NCBI GenBank assembly: GCA_947632275.1
Contig: CANROR010000003.1
Span: 1-34,845 of the forward strand
Direction of reading: 5' to 3'
From: an uncultured Bacilli bacterium
GTDB lineage: Bacteria > Bacillota_I > Bacilli_A > RF39 > UBA660
Length of the DNA: 34,845 bases
The translations under genes and the position numbers were made by a program. This document shows positions 26,926 to 34,845 of the stretch, in pieces (position 1 is the stretch's first letter; each line of letters starts with the position of its first letter). Below the pieces are notes generated by a model. That model was given only the letters and a program-made list of their open reading frames with translations. It was not told the origin of the DNA and did not search any database.

Positions 26926-28003
26926 TCAAAAAATAATACCAATTATGTTTTGCTTTGATAAAAACTATGTTATTCCTGCATCGGTTGCTTTTTATTCTTT
27001 ATTAGAGCATGCCGATAAGACTTATTATTATAAATTTTATGTATTAAATAGTGATATATCAAAAGAACAACAAAAAAAATTAAAAGAAACTTTAAAAGAA
27101 TTTGAAAAAAATTATGACATTACGTATATTGATATGAAAAATAAATTTGAAGATGTTTGGGAAAATCTTAAATCTAAAGTTCATTTTTCTAAAGAAGTAT
27201 TGTATAAGTTGTTGATGTCTAGTATTTTTCCACAATATGATAAAATGATAGTTACTGATGTTGACGTAGTTTTTTTAGATGATATTTCGAAAAGTTATTT
27301 TGCTTTTGAACCTAATGAAGACTATTATGTAGCTGGAGTAAAATCAATTGGCGTTTTGAAGCAATTTAACACTGTTTATGACGGAAAATTTTCGCCGGAA
27401 ATGGTTAAAAAGTTAAGTAATGTTTGTGGCGGTTACTTGGTTTTTAATTTAAAGAAAATAAGAGAAGATAACATGGAAGAAAAATTTGTTAAATTTTTAA
27501 AAGAAAACGTTGATAATCTTATTTATTTGGAACAAGACGTTATAAATGCTTGTTGTTATGGCAAAATAAAATATTTACCGCTTAGCTATGTTACTTGCAC
27601 TTACATGTGGACTTTATATGGCTCTAAAGAAGAAATGGAAAGAGATGAAACATATTCATATAAAGAATTAACATATGCGATGAATCACCCAATTCAACTT
27701 CATTATGCTTCGACGGAAAAGCCTTGGAAATATGTGGATTGTGTAAAATCAGAAGTATGGTTTAGTTATATTGTTAAAACGGCATTTTTGCGCGACTTTC
27801 TTGAACAATTGCCGCATATGATAGTACTTCCAACAAAAGATGCTAATTCTAGCAATGGTGAAAATAATAATTCGAACGTAGTAAAACCTTCAAAAATAAA
27901 ACGGATTTTAAAATATATAAAAAATAATCCATTCTTTTTCTTAAAAAAGGAATTTTATCAAAAACTTATTAACAAAATAAAATGGAAACTAAGAAGAAAA
28001 TAA
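26912..28003 (+). CDS. GT8-family glycosyltransferase
   Basis: IMFCFDKNY, DVD (DxD), EQDVIN and HYASTEKPW motifs. Confidence 0.88.
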   Translation: MKKNNQKIIPIMFCFDKNYVIPASVAFYSLLEHADKTYYYKFYVLNSDISKEQQKKLKETLKEFEKNYDITYIDMKNKFEDVWENLKSKVHFSKEVLYKLLMSSIFPQYDKMIVTDVDVVFLDDISKSYFAFEPNEDYYVAGVKSIGVLKQFNTVYDGKFSPEMVKKLSNVCGGYLVFNLKKIREDNMEEKFVKFLKENVDNLIYLEQDVINACCYGKIKYLPLSYVTCTYMWTLYGSKEEMERDETYSYKELTYAMNHPIQLHYASTEKPWKYVDCVKSEVWFSYIVKTAFLRDFLEQLPHMIVLPTKDANSSNGENNNSNVVKPSKIKRILKYIKNNPFFFLKKEFYQKLINKIKWKLRRK

Positions 28004-28055
28004 TATACTTTTTAGTTTTTTTTTGTTATACTTTTATTAGATAGTGGAGGTTATA

Positions 28056-29006
28056 ATGCTTAAGAATTGCAAATTAGTAGAATTTCATAATTTTAAAGAC
28101 GATCGCGGAAATTTGGTAGCTATTGAAAATCCCAAAAACTTAGATTTTCCTATTAATAGAATCTATTATATATATGGTGTAGACAGTGATGCAGAAAGAG
28201 GATTTCATTCTCACAAAATATTACATCAAGTTTTAATAGTTGTATCGGGAAGTGTTAAAATTAGAATTAGTACTAATAACGAAGAAGAAACTGTACTTTT
28301 GGATGACCCATCTAAAGGATTATATATTGGGCCAATGATCTGGCGAGAAATGTATGATTTTTCCAAAGATGCAGTGCTTTTAGTTTTAGCTAGCGAAAAA
28401 TATGACGAAAGTGACTATATTCGCGATAAGGATGAATATTTAAAATTAGCCAGTGAATATTTTTCTAATAATGATAAAGATATAGTAATGCATAGTAAAA
28501 ATTTTAAAATGAAATACGTAACATTAGGCGATGCAGATTTTATTTTGAAACTTCGAACTAATGAAACACTTGGTCAGTATATATCACCAACTGATAATTC
28601 ATTATATAAACAAATTAGTTGGTTAAATGAGTATAAAAAAAGAGAGCGTGAAAAAAAAGAATTTTATTTTAAAACTTATAACGATAATGAAGATATTGGC
28701 TTTTTTAGATTATATAATATAGATTATAATAAAAAAGAATTAACATTTGGTAGCTTTATCTTTAAAGAAAACAAACCTAAATATGCAGCAATTGAATCTA
28801 TAATCGTAGCCATGGAAATTGCTTTTAAAAAATTGCAAGTGCAAAAAGTATATTTAGATGTAAGAGTTAAAAATATTAAAGCTAAAAATTTTTATAATCG
28901 TTTTGGTTTTCAAAAAATAAACGAAGATGATTTAAATGAATATTATGAACTAACTAAAGATGAATATGACAAATTATATGAAGAAAAATATAAAGAATTT
29001 TTATAG
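28056..29006 (+). CDS. FdtA/QdtA-type dTDP-4-keto-6-deoxyglucose 3,4-ketoisomerase fused to a GNAT acyltransferase
   Basis: N-term DDRGNL, RIYYIY, RGFHSH, WREM and LLVLASEKYDESDYIR. C-term GNAT: DADFILKLR, GSFIF, LDVRVKNIKAKNFYNRFGF. SD GGAGG. Confidence 0.88.
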   Translation: MLKNCKLVEFHNFKDDRGNLVAIENPKNLDFPINRIYYIYGVDSDAERGFHSHKILHQVLIVVSGSVKIRISTNNEEETVLLDDPSKGLYIGPMIWREMYDFSKDAVLLVLASEKYDESDYIRDKDEYLKLASEYFSNNDKDIVMHSKNFKMKYVTLGDADFILKLRTNETLGQYISPTDNSLYKQISWLNEYKKREREKKEFYFKTYNDNEDIGFFRLYNIDYNKKELTFGSFIFKENKPKYAAIESIIVAMEIAFKKLQVQKVYLDVRVKNIKAKNFYNRFGFQKINEDDLNEYYELTKDEYDKLYEEKYKEFL

Positions 29007-29018
29007 GAGGAAGGAAAA

Positions 29019-30104
29019 ATGAAAATACCATTTGCGACAGTTGTGCCAATGCACAAAGAAATCGAAGAAGAATTAAAGGGGGCAATTAATAAGGTTATCG
29101 ATGATGGCCTATTTATTGGTGGTGATCCAGTAAAGAAATTTGAAGAAGATTTTGCTCAATATTTAGGAGTAAACTATTGTGTCGGTGTAGGGAATGGACT
29201 TGAAGGTATTCTTTTAGCTCTTGAAGCTATGGGAGTTCAAGCTGGTGATGAAGTAATTGTGCCATCACATACATTTATTGCTACTACACTTCCTATTTCG
29301 AGATTAGGGGCTAAAATCGTTTTTGTGGAACCTGATGAATTTTATACGATTGATGTTAATAAAATAGAAGAAAAAATCACGGACAAAACGAAAGCCATAA
29401 TTGTAGTTCATTTATATGGTCAATGTGCTAATATGGAACCAATAATGGAAATAGCGCATCGGCATAATATAAAAGTATTAGAAGATGCGGCTCAAGCTCA
29501 TGGGGCAACTTATAAAGGCAGAAAAGCAGGTTCTTTAGGAGATGTCGCCGAATTTAGTTTTTATCCGGGCAAAAATTTAGGTTGCTTAGGTGATGGTGGT
29601 TGTGTTGTTACCAATGATCAAGAAATTGCCGATAAAGTAAGAGCTTTGGGAAATTATGGTTCTTTTATCAAATATAAACATATTTATAAAGGCTATAATT
29701 CCAGATTAGATACCATGCAAGCGGCGGCTTTGGATGTAAAATTAAAATATCTAGATAAATGGAATAAAAGAAGACAAGAAGTGGCGACAAGATATATAAA
29801 TGAAATTAAAAATCCTAAGGTTATTTTACCAAAAGTAAGAGAAGACAATACGCATGTATGGCATGTTTTTGTTGTAAGAGTAGAAAATAGAGAAGAATTT
29901 ATGAAATATTTAGAAGATAAAGGTATTCAAACATTGATTCATTATCCAACGGCTATTCATAAACAAGAAGCATATAAGGAATTAAATAATGAAGTTTATC
30001 CTTTAGCTGAAAAATATGCCAAAGAAGTTGTTAGCTTGCCAATGTATTATGGCTTAACAGAAGAAGAGGTAAGTTACGTTATTGATGCCATTAATAATTA
30101 TTAG
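29019..30104 (+). CDS. fdtB: DegT/DnrJ/EryC1/StrS aminotransferase (FdtB/QdtB-type)
   Basis: [31 protein letters not shown] and GYNSRLD motifs; follows the fdtA-like gene. Confidence 0.88.
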   Translation: MKIPFATVVPMHKEIEEELKGAINKVIDDGLFIGGDPVKKFEEDFAQYLGVNYCVGVGNGLEGILLALEAMGVQAGDEVIVPSHTFIATTLPISRLGAKIVFVEPDEFYTIDVNKIEEKITDKTKAIIVVHLYGQCANMEPIMEIAHRHNIKVLEDAAQAHGATYKGRKAGSLGDVAEFSFYPGKNLGCLGDGGCVVTNDQEIADKVRALGNYGSFIKYKHIYKGYNSRLDTMQAAALDVKLKYLDKWNKRRQEVATRYINEIKNPKVILPKVREDNTHVWHVFVVRVENREEFMKYLEDKGIQTLIHYPTAIHKQEAYKELNNEVYPLAEKYAKEVVSLPMYYGLTEEEVSYVIDAINNY

Positions 30105-30119
30105 GAGGTTTTAAGGTTT

Positions 30120-30992
30120 ATGAAAGGAATTATTCTTGCCGGTGGTAAAGGAACAAGACTTTATCCGATGACGAAAGTTGTTTCCAAGCAACTTTTACCG
30201 CTTTATGATAAACCCATGATTTATTATCCCTTATCAATTTTAATGCTTGCGAGCATTCGGGATATTTTAATTATTTCCACTCCAAAAGATTTACCCCTTT
30301 ATATCGAACTTTTAGGTGATGGTTCTAATTATGGGATAAATTTAAGTTATAAAGTTCAAGAAGAACCAAAGGGTTTAGCGGAAGCATTTATTTTAGGAGA
30401 AGAATTCATTGGCAAAGATTCCGTTTGTTTAATTTTAGGTGATAATGTTTTCTATGGGCAAGGAATGACTAAACTTCTTCGCGAAGCCGAAAATAATAAT
30501 ACGGGAGCAACTATTTTTGGTTTTCCAGTTAAAAATCCTGAAGAATTTGGTGTAGTTAATTTTGATGAAAATAGAAACGTTACAAGTATTGAAGAAAAAC
30601 CGAAAAATCCTAAATCTAATTATGCCGTGCCTGGTTTATATTTTTATGATAATAATGTAGTTGAAATTGCCAAAAATATTAAACCATCGGCGCGTGGAGA
30701 ATTAGAAATTACTAGTGTAAATAATGAATATTTAAAACAAGGTAAATTAAAAGTTGAACTCATGAATAGAGGTATTGCATGGCTAGATACAGGAACAACT
30801 CATAATATGTTGAAAGCTGCCAGTTTTATTCAAGAAATTCAAGATATGCAAGGATTATATATTGCATCTTTAGAAGAAATTGCTTGGCGGCGAGGTTTTA
30901 TTGATGATGCTAAATTAAAGGAATTAGGTAACGATTTAATCCAAACGGATTATGGTAAATATTTATTATCTTTATTAGAAAGGAAAGATTGA
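30120..30992 (+). CDS. rfbA: Glucose-1-phosphate thymidylyltransferase
   Basis: [34 protein letters not shown] and WLDTGT motifs. Confidence 0.96.
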   Translation: MKGIILAGGKGTRLYPMTKVVSKQLLPLYDKPMIYYPLSILMLASIRDILIISTPKDLPLYIELLGDGSNYGINLSYKVQEEPKGLAEAFILGEEFIGKDSVCLILGDNVFYGQGMTKLLREAENNNTGATIFGFPVKNPEEFGVVNFDENRNVTSIEEKPKNPKSNYAVPGLYFYDNNVVEIAKNIKPSARGELEITSVNNEYLKQGKLKVELMNRGIAWLDTGTTHNMLKAASFIQEIQDMQGLYIASLEEIAWRRGFIDDAKLKELGNDLIQTDYGKYLLSLLERKD

Positions 30993-30994
30993 AA

Positions 30995-31999
30995 ATGAAA
31001 TTTTTAGTTACTGGTGGGGCTGGGTTTATTGGTTCAAATTATTTACATTATGTTGTAAATAAATATCCGGAAGATTATTTTGTTTGTTTAGATGCTTTAA
31101 CTTATGCCGGAAATTACAATAATATTAAAAGTTTAGAAGGAAAAGAAAATTATAAATTTGTTAAAGGTGATATTCGCGATAACAAATTTATTGATCAACT
31201 TTTTAATGACGAAAAATTTGATATTGTAATTAATTTTGCGGCCGAATCGCATGTGGATAATTCAATCAAGAATCCTAATCTTTTTGCGGATACCAATGTG
31301 TTAGGAACAATGACTTTGCTTAATGCATCTAAAAAATATAATGTTAAAAGATATCATCAAGTATCAACTGACGAAGTATATGGTGACCTGCCTTTAGATC
31401 GCCCGGATTTAAAATTTAAAGAAACCACCCCAATTCATACATCAAGCCCTTATTCGGCATCAAAAGCCGGAGCTGATTTACAAGTTTTAGCGTATGCTCG
31501 AACTTTTGGCATACCTGTTACTATTTCAAGATGCTCCAATAACTATGGCCCTTATCAATTTCCAGAAAAATTAATTCCAGTTGTTATATCCAAAGCTTTA
31601 AATAATGAAGCTATTCCGGTTTACGGTAAAGGCGAAAATGTTCGGGATTGGATTCATGTTCATGATCACAATGTGGGCGTTGATTTAATTGTCCGAAATG
31701 GTCGAGTAGGTGAAATATATAACTTAGGAGGCCATTCAGAAAAATCAAATTTAGATGTTGTTAAAACAATTTTAAAACATTTAGAAAAAGATGAATCTTT
31801 AATTAGTTTTGTAACAGATCGACCTGGTCATGATTTAAGATATGCGATTGATTCCACGAAAGTTGAAGAAGAACTAGGTTGGACGCGTACTTATAATTTT
31901 GATGAAGGTATCAAAGAAACCATTGATTGGTATGTTAATAATCAAGAATGGATTGAAGAAATAAAAACAGGAAAATATAAGGAAGCATATAAAGGATAA
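30995..31999 (+). CDS. rfbB: dTDP-glucose 4,6-dehydratase
   Basis: VTGGAGFIG, FAAESHVD, STDEVYG, YSASK and DRPGHDLRY motifs. Confidence 0.96.
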   Translation: MKFLVTGGAGFIGSNYLHYVVNKYPEDYFVCLDALTYAGNYNNIKSLEGKENYKFVKGDIRDNKFIDQLFNDEKFDIVINFAAESHVDNSIKNPNLFADTNVLGTMTLLNASKKYNVKRYHQVSTDEVYGDLPLDRPDLKFKETTPIHTSSPYSASKAGADLQVLAYARTFGIPVTISRCSNNYGPYQFPEKLIPVVISKALNNEAIPVYGKGENVRDWIHVHDHNVGVDLIVRNGRVGEIYNLGGHSEKSNLDVVKTILKHLEKDESLISFVTDRPGHDLRYAIDSTKVEEELGWTRTYNFDEGIKETIDWYVNNQEWIEEIKTGKYKEAYKG

Positions 32000-32015
32000 A
32001 ATTGGTTAAAACTAT

Positions 32016-32050
32016 AAATAATATGAATTAAAATTCATATTATTTTTTTT
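32016..32050 (+). terminator. Intrinsic terminator after rfbB
   Basis: AAATAATATGAATT/AATTCATATTATTT inverted repeat running into a T-tract; AT-rich stem. Confidence 0.6.
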
Positions 32051-32099
32051 GTATTTTAGAAAAATAAAAATTTTTAAAATACAAAATTTTGAATTAGTC

Positions 32100-32128
32100 T
32101 TGCAAAAATATATATATATATATATAAT
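32100..32128 (+). promoter_or_regulatory. SigA promoter with a (TA)9 tract in the spacer
   Basis: TTGCAA (32100-32105), 17 bp, TATAAT (32123-32128); (TA)9 spans 32109-32126. Confidence 0.85.
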
Positions 32129-32152
32129 AAAAGGGAGAAAAAGAGGTACAAT

Positions 32153-33109
32153 ATGGAAAATTTATCAATTATTATTCCATGTTATAATGAAGAAAAAAAT
32201 ATAGAACTATTTTTTGAAAAATGTTTAGAAACTTTTAAAAAAGAAAAAATAGAATATATTTTTATAAATGATGGTAGTAAAGATCAAACATTAAATAAAA
32301 TTGAAAAATTAATTAAAAATAATAAAAAAGAAAATATTATTTGTTTAAATTTTTCGCGAAATTTTGGTAAAGAAGCGGCTATATATGCAGGATTGAAGGA
32401 AAGCTCTAGTAATTATGTAGCTATAATAGATGCGGATATGCAACAAAATCCTCAATATATTTTACAAATGAAAGATGTTTTAGATCAAAATAAAGAATAT
32501 GATGCTGTTGCATGTTATCAAGCAAAACGTAAAGAAAATAAATTTCTTTCTTTTTGTAAAAGTTGCTTTTATAAATTAATTAATAAAATTTGTGATACAA
32601 GATTTGAAAAAAATGCTTCGGATTTCCGATTATTAAAAAGAAATGTAGTTAATGCCATATTAGATATGCCTGAATACTATCGTTTTTCAAAAGGCTTATT
32701 TTCTTTTGTTGGCTTTAATACTTATTATATGCCTTATGAAGTGGAAAAAAGGATGTATGGTAAAAGTTCTTGGAATCTTACCTCTTTAGTAAAATATGCT
32801 TTTGATGGTATTATTAGTTTTTCTGTTTTTCCTTTAAAAATTTCAACGTTTATTGGCATAATTTCTTTTATTGCCGCTTTTGTTTATATGGCTATTATTG
32901 TTATTCAATGGTTTTTCATCGATGTTACTGTTTCCGGATATGCTACAATTGTTTGTTTAATTTTATTATTTGGAGGATTGCAAATGATATTTTTAGGCAT
33001 TTTAGGAGAATATATTGGTAGGACTTATATAGAGGCGAAAAATAGGCCAGTATATATAATAAAAGATAAATTAAATTATGATAATGTAAAAGAAAATGGT
33101 GAGAGGTAA
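32153..33109 (+). CDS. GtrB/CsbB-like undecaprenyl-phosphate glycosyltransferase (GT2)
   Basis: IIIPCYNEE, NDGSKD, FSRNFGKEAA, IDADMQ and SDFRL motifs, two C-terminal TM helices, GEYIGRTY. Confidence 0.92.
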   Translation: MENLSIIIPCYNEEKNIELFFEKCLETFKKEKIEYIFINDGSKDQTLNKIEKLIKNNKKENIICLNFSRNFGKEAAIYAGLKESSSNYVAIIDADMQQNPQYILQMKDVLDQNKEYDAVACYQAKRKENKFLSFCKSCFYKLINKICDTRFEKNASDFRLLKRNVVNAILDMPEYYRFSKGLFSFVGFNTYYMPYEVEKRMYGKSSWNLTSLVKYAFDGIISFSVFPLKISTFIGIISFIAAFVYMAIIVIQWFFIDVTVSGYATIVCLILLFGGLQMIFLGILGEYIGRTYIEAKNRPVYIIKDKLNYDNVKENGER

Positions 33110-33110
33110 A

Positions 33111-34664
33111 ATGGCAAAAATAAAAGAATTTTGGAAAAATAATTTTAAAGAAATATTAACTACAATATTTGTATTTTTTATGTTTTTAATTTTATTTAGA
33201 ATAATTCCCATGATGTACGATGGTTGGGGAGCAAAGCTTTATTATTCTAAATTTGACGGTATTTTTCCTTATATAATAAATATTTTTACTTATTATTATA
33301 AATATCTAAATGGTAGAATTTCACAAAATATTTTATCTGGCTTTTTAGAATCTTTTAAGTCAGAATGGGTTTTAGATATATTTAATGCATTAATAATTGT
33401 GGGAATTTTTTTGTGTATTTACAAGATATTAAATTTAAAAGATAAAAAGAAAAAATTTTGCTTGGCATTTTTATTTTATATGAGTTTAATTTTATTAATT
33501 TCTCCTGATATGCGAATACAAGTTCTATTTTATGCGAATACTACTTATATTGTCCCAATATTTTTAGTGTTGCTATATTATTTGTTATATCAAAAATTAT
33601 TAAATAATGAATGTAAAAGCGATAACAAACAAATAGTTTATATGTCACTATTAGCCTTCGCTATTTGTACTTGGATAGAGCATATTGCGGTAGGATTTAC
33701 TATTGTTTTATTTGGCATGACCTTATATAAATTTTATAAAAAAGATCAAAGAAGATTTAAATTATTTTTTCCATTGGTAATGGCCATAATTGGCGTTTTA
33801 CTAATGTTTTTATCTCCTGGTTTAAGAGGAGGTAGAGTTTTATTAGATATTAATTTTTTAGAAAGATTAATTAAAAATATGTCATCATTTTATATTGATA
33901 TAATATCAAATAATATTTTTATAATTTTTATTTTAGCTTTGTTTGGAGTTATTATTTTTTCAAAGAATATAAAAGGAAAATTTGGCAATAAATTATTAGT
34001 ATTAAATTCCCTAGGACTTAGTATTTTAAGTTTGGCAAAACTAATAACTAATAATTTTAATATAAAAGTATTAAAAAATATTACTAATTTTATTTTTCCT
34101 ACTGATGTTAAAGATGCTAATTTAATAGTTATAATAATTGTTACTTTGCTTATTATTGTATTACTTTTAAATATAATTATAAATTCAAAAAATAAAAAAA
34201 TTTTATTTTATATTGCTTTTATAGTTTTATTAAGTATTGGTCCGATGTGTTTTTCACCTAATACGGGTCCAAGAATTTCTTCTGTTGGTTTTTTCGGCTT
34301 AGTAATTATTCTTACAATAATTTATTTGGAAAAATTTGATTTAAAATTAACAAAAAATTTAAAATTGTTAGCAATCATTTTAGTAATAATTTCTTGTGAT
34401 AAAACAATTCTTTTAGAAAGAAGAGTATATGAAGTTACAGAAAAAAGAGAGAGAATATTGAAAAATGTTGTAGCAATGCAAGAGTTAGGTTTATGGAATT
34501 ACGATAATTATGTATATTTGCCATTGTACGAAGAGGGAGATATTTTACATAGAGGCGATATGTCAAATGATAATTTCTATTTTGGGCAATTTATCTATGC
34601 ATATGGCATAAATGTTAATACCAAAATATATAAGCATGAAGAAATGGAAAATGAGGAATATTAA
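33111..34664 (+). CDS. Polytopic membrane protein, GT-C-like (DUF6056-like)
   Basis: More than 10 TM helices, PMMYDGW after TM1, Y..LNGR and LSPG motifs. ATG 33111 with SD GAGG; follows the gtrB-like gene. Confidence 0.62.
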   Translation: MAKIKEFWKNNFKEILTTIFVFFMFLILFRIIPMMYDGWGAKLYYSKFDGIFPYIINIFTYYYKYLNGRISQNILSGFLESFKSEWVLDIFNALIIVGIFLCIYKILNLKDKKKKFCLAFLFYMSLILLISPDMRIQVLFYANTTYIVPIFLVLLYYLLYQKLLNNECKSDNKQIVYMSLLAFAICTWIEHIAVGFTIVLFGMTLYKFYKKDQRRFKLFFPLVMAIIGVLLMFLSPGLRGGRVLLDINFLERLIKNMSSFYIDIISNNIFIIFILALFGVIIFSKNIKGKFGNKLLVLNSLGLSILSLAKLITNNFNIKVLKNITNFIFPTDVKDANLIVIIIVTLLIIVLLLNIIINSKNKKILFYIAFIVLLSIGPMCFSPNTGPRISSVGFFGLVIILTIIYLEKFDLKLTKNLKLLAIILVIISCDKTILLERRVYEVTEKRERILKNVVAMQELGLWNYDNYVYLPLYEEGDILHRGDMSNDNFYFGQFIYAYGINVNTKIYKHEEMENEEY

Positions 34665-34845
34665 TTGAAAAATGGATTAGTGAAAAATGGAGCAATAGTC
34701 TTTGCTTTAACAACGTTAGGTAGTATTTTAAATTATTTATGTCAACTTTTTATGGGAAGGCTTTTTTCCGTCGAAAATTTCGGCGTAATTAATACGATAT
34801 TTTCTTTAGTGTTAATTGTAAGTGTGATTGGTAATACAGCTTTTA
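34665..34845 (+). CDS. Wzx-type oligosaccharide flippase, 3' truncated by the window
   Basis: Manual translation from TTG: MKNGLVKNGAIVFALTTLGSILNYLCQLFMGRLFSVENFGVINTIFSL, the MATE/Wzx N-terminal pattern (RxLxxExFG-like). SD GAGGA. Confidence 0.75.
   Translation, partial: MKNGLVKNGAIVFALTTLGSILNYLCQLFMGRLFSVENFGVINTIFSLVLIVSVIGNTAF

Noticed and set aside
28004-28032. T9 tract next to a possible extended -10 (TGtTATACT) upstream of the fdtA-like gene as a third phase-variable promoter
   Set aside because: No convincing -35, and T-runs of this length are common in such AT-rich DNA.
30120-31999. dTDP-L-rhamnose pathway
   Set aside because: rmlC and rmlD are absent and a terminator follows rfbB; the fdtA/fdtB-like genes explain rfbA and rfbB.
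1-34845. Mollicute genetic code 4 suggested by low GC
   Set aside because: Trp is encoded by TGG in intact ORFs, and TGA ends prpC and rfbA at their expected C-termini.

Overview
Low-GC Bacillota chromosomal window in genetic code 11 (TGG=Trp, TGA used as stop). The gene content suggests a Bacilli-type spore former, possibly a reduced gut lineage (inference). The left part (1-15.3 kb) is core and sporulation: copA, an XRE-HTH/VanZ-like membrane regulator, the rlmN-prpC-prkC-rsgA-rpe operon, rpmB (missed by the ORF track), a gerKA-KC-KB-type germinant receptor operon, tagA, a dinJ-yafQ pair plus an orphan dinJ, and spoIIGA-sigE behind a Spo0A-type promoter. The right part (15.3-34.8 kb) is visibly more AT-rich and accessory. 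It has an AAA_14/DUF4143 ATPase flanked by 53-bp direct repeats, a probable internally deleted cotH-like pseudogene, and a VTC-domain/DUF4956/CotH three-gene operon. A cell-surface glycan locus follows: Wzm/Wzt, four glycosyltransferases, a dTDP-3-acylamino-3,6-dideoxyhexose pathway, a GtrB-like GT, a polytopic GT-C-like protein and a Wzx flippase. Top candidate system: VTC-DUF4956-CotH as a possible polyphosphate synthesis/export and extracytoplasmic kinase module. Its promoter, like that of the glycan-decoration operon, has a (TA)n tract filling an exact 17-bp spacer, which suggests phase variation. All family calls come from motif recognition by eye, not database searches.
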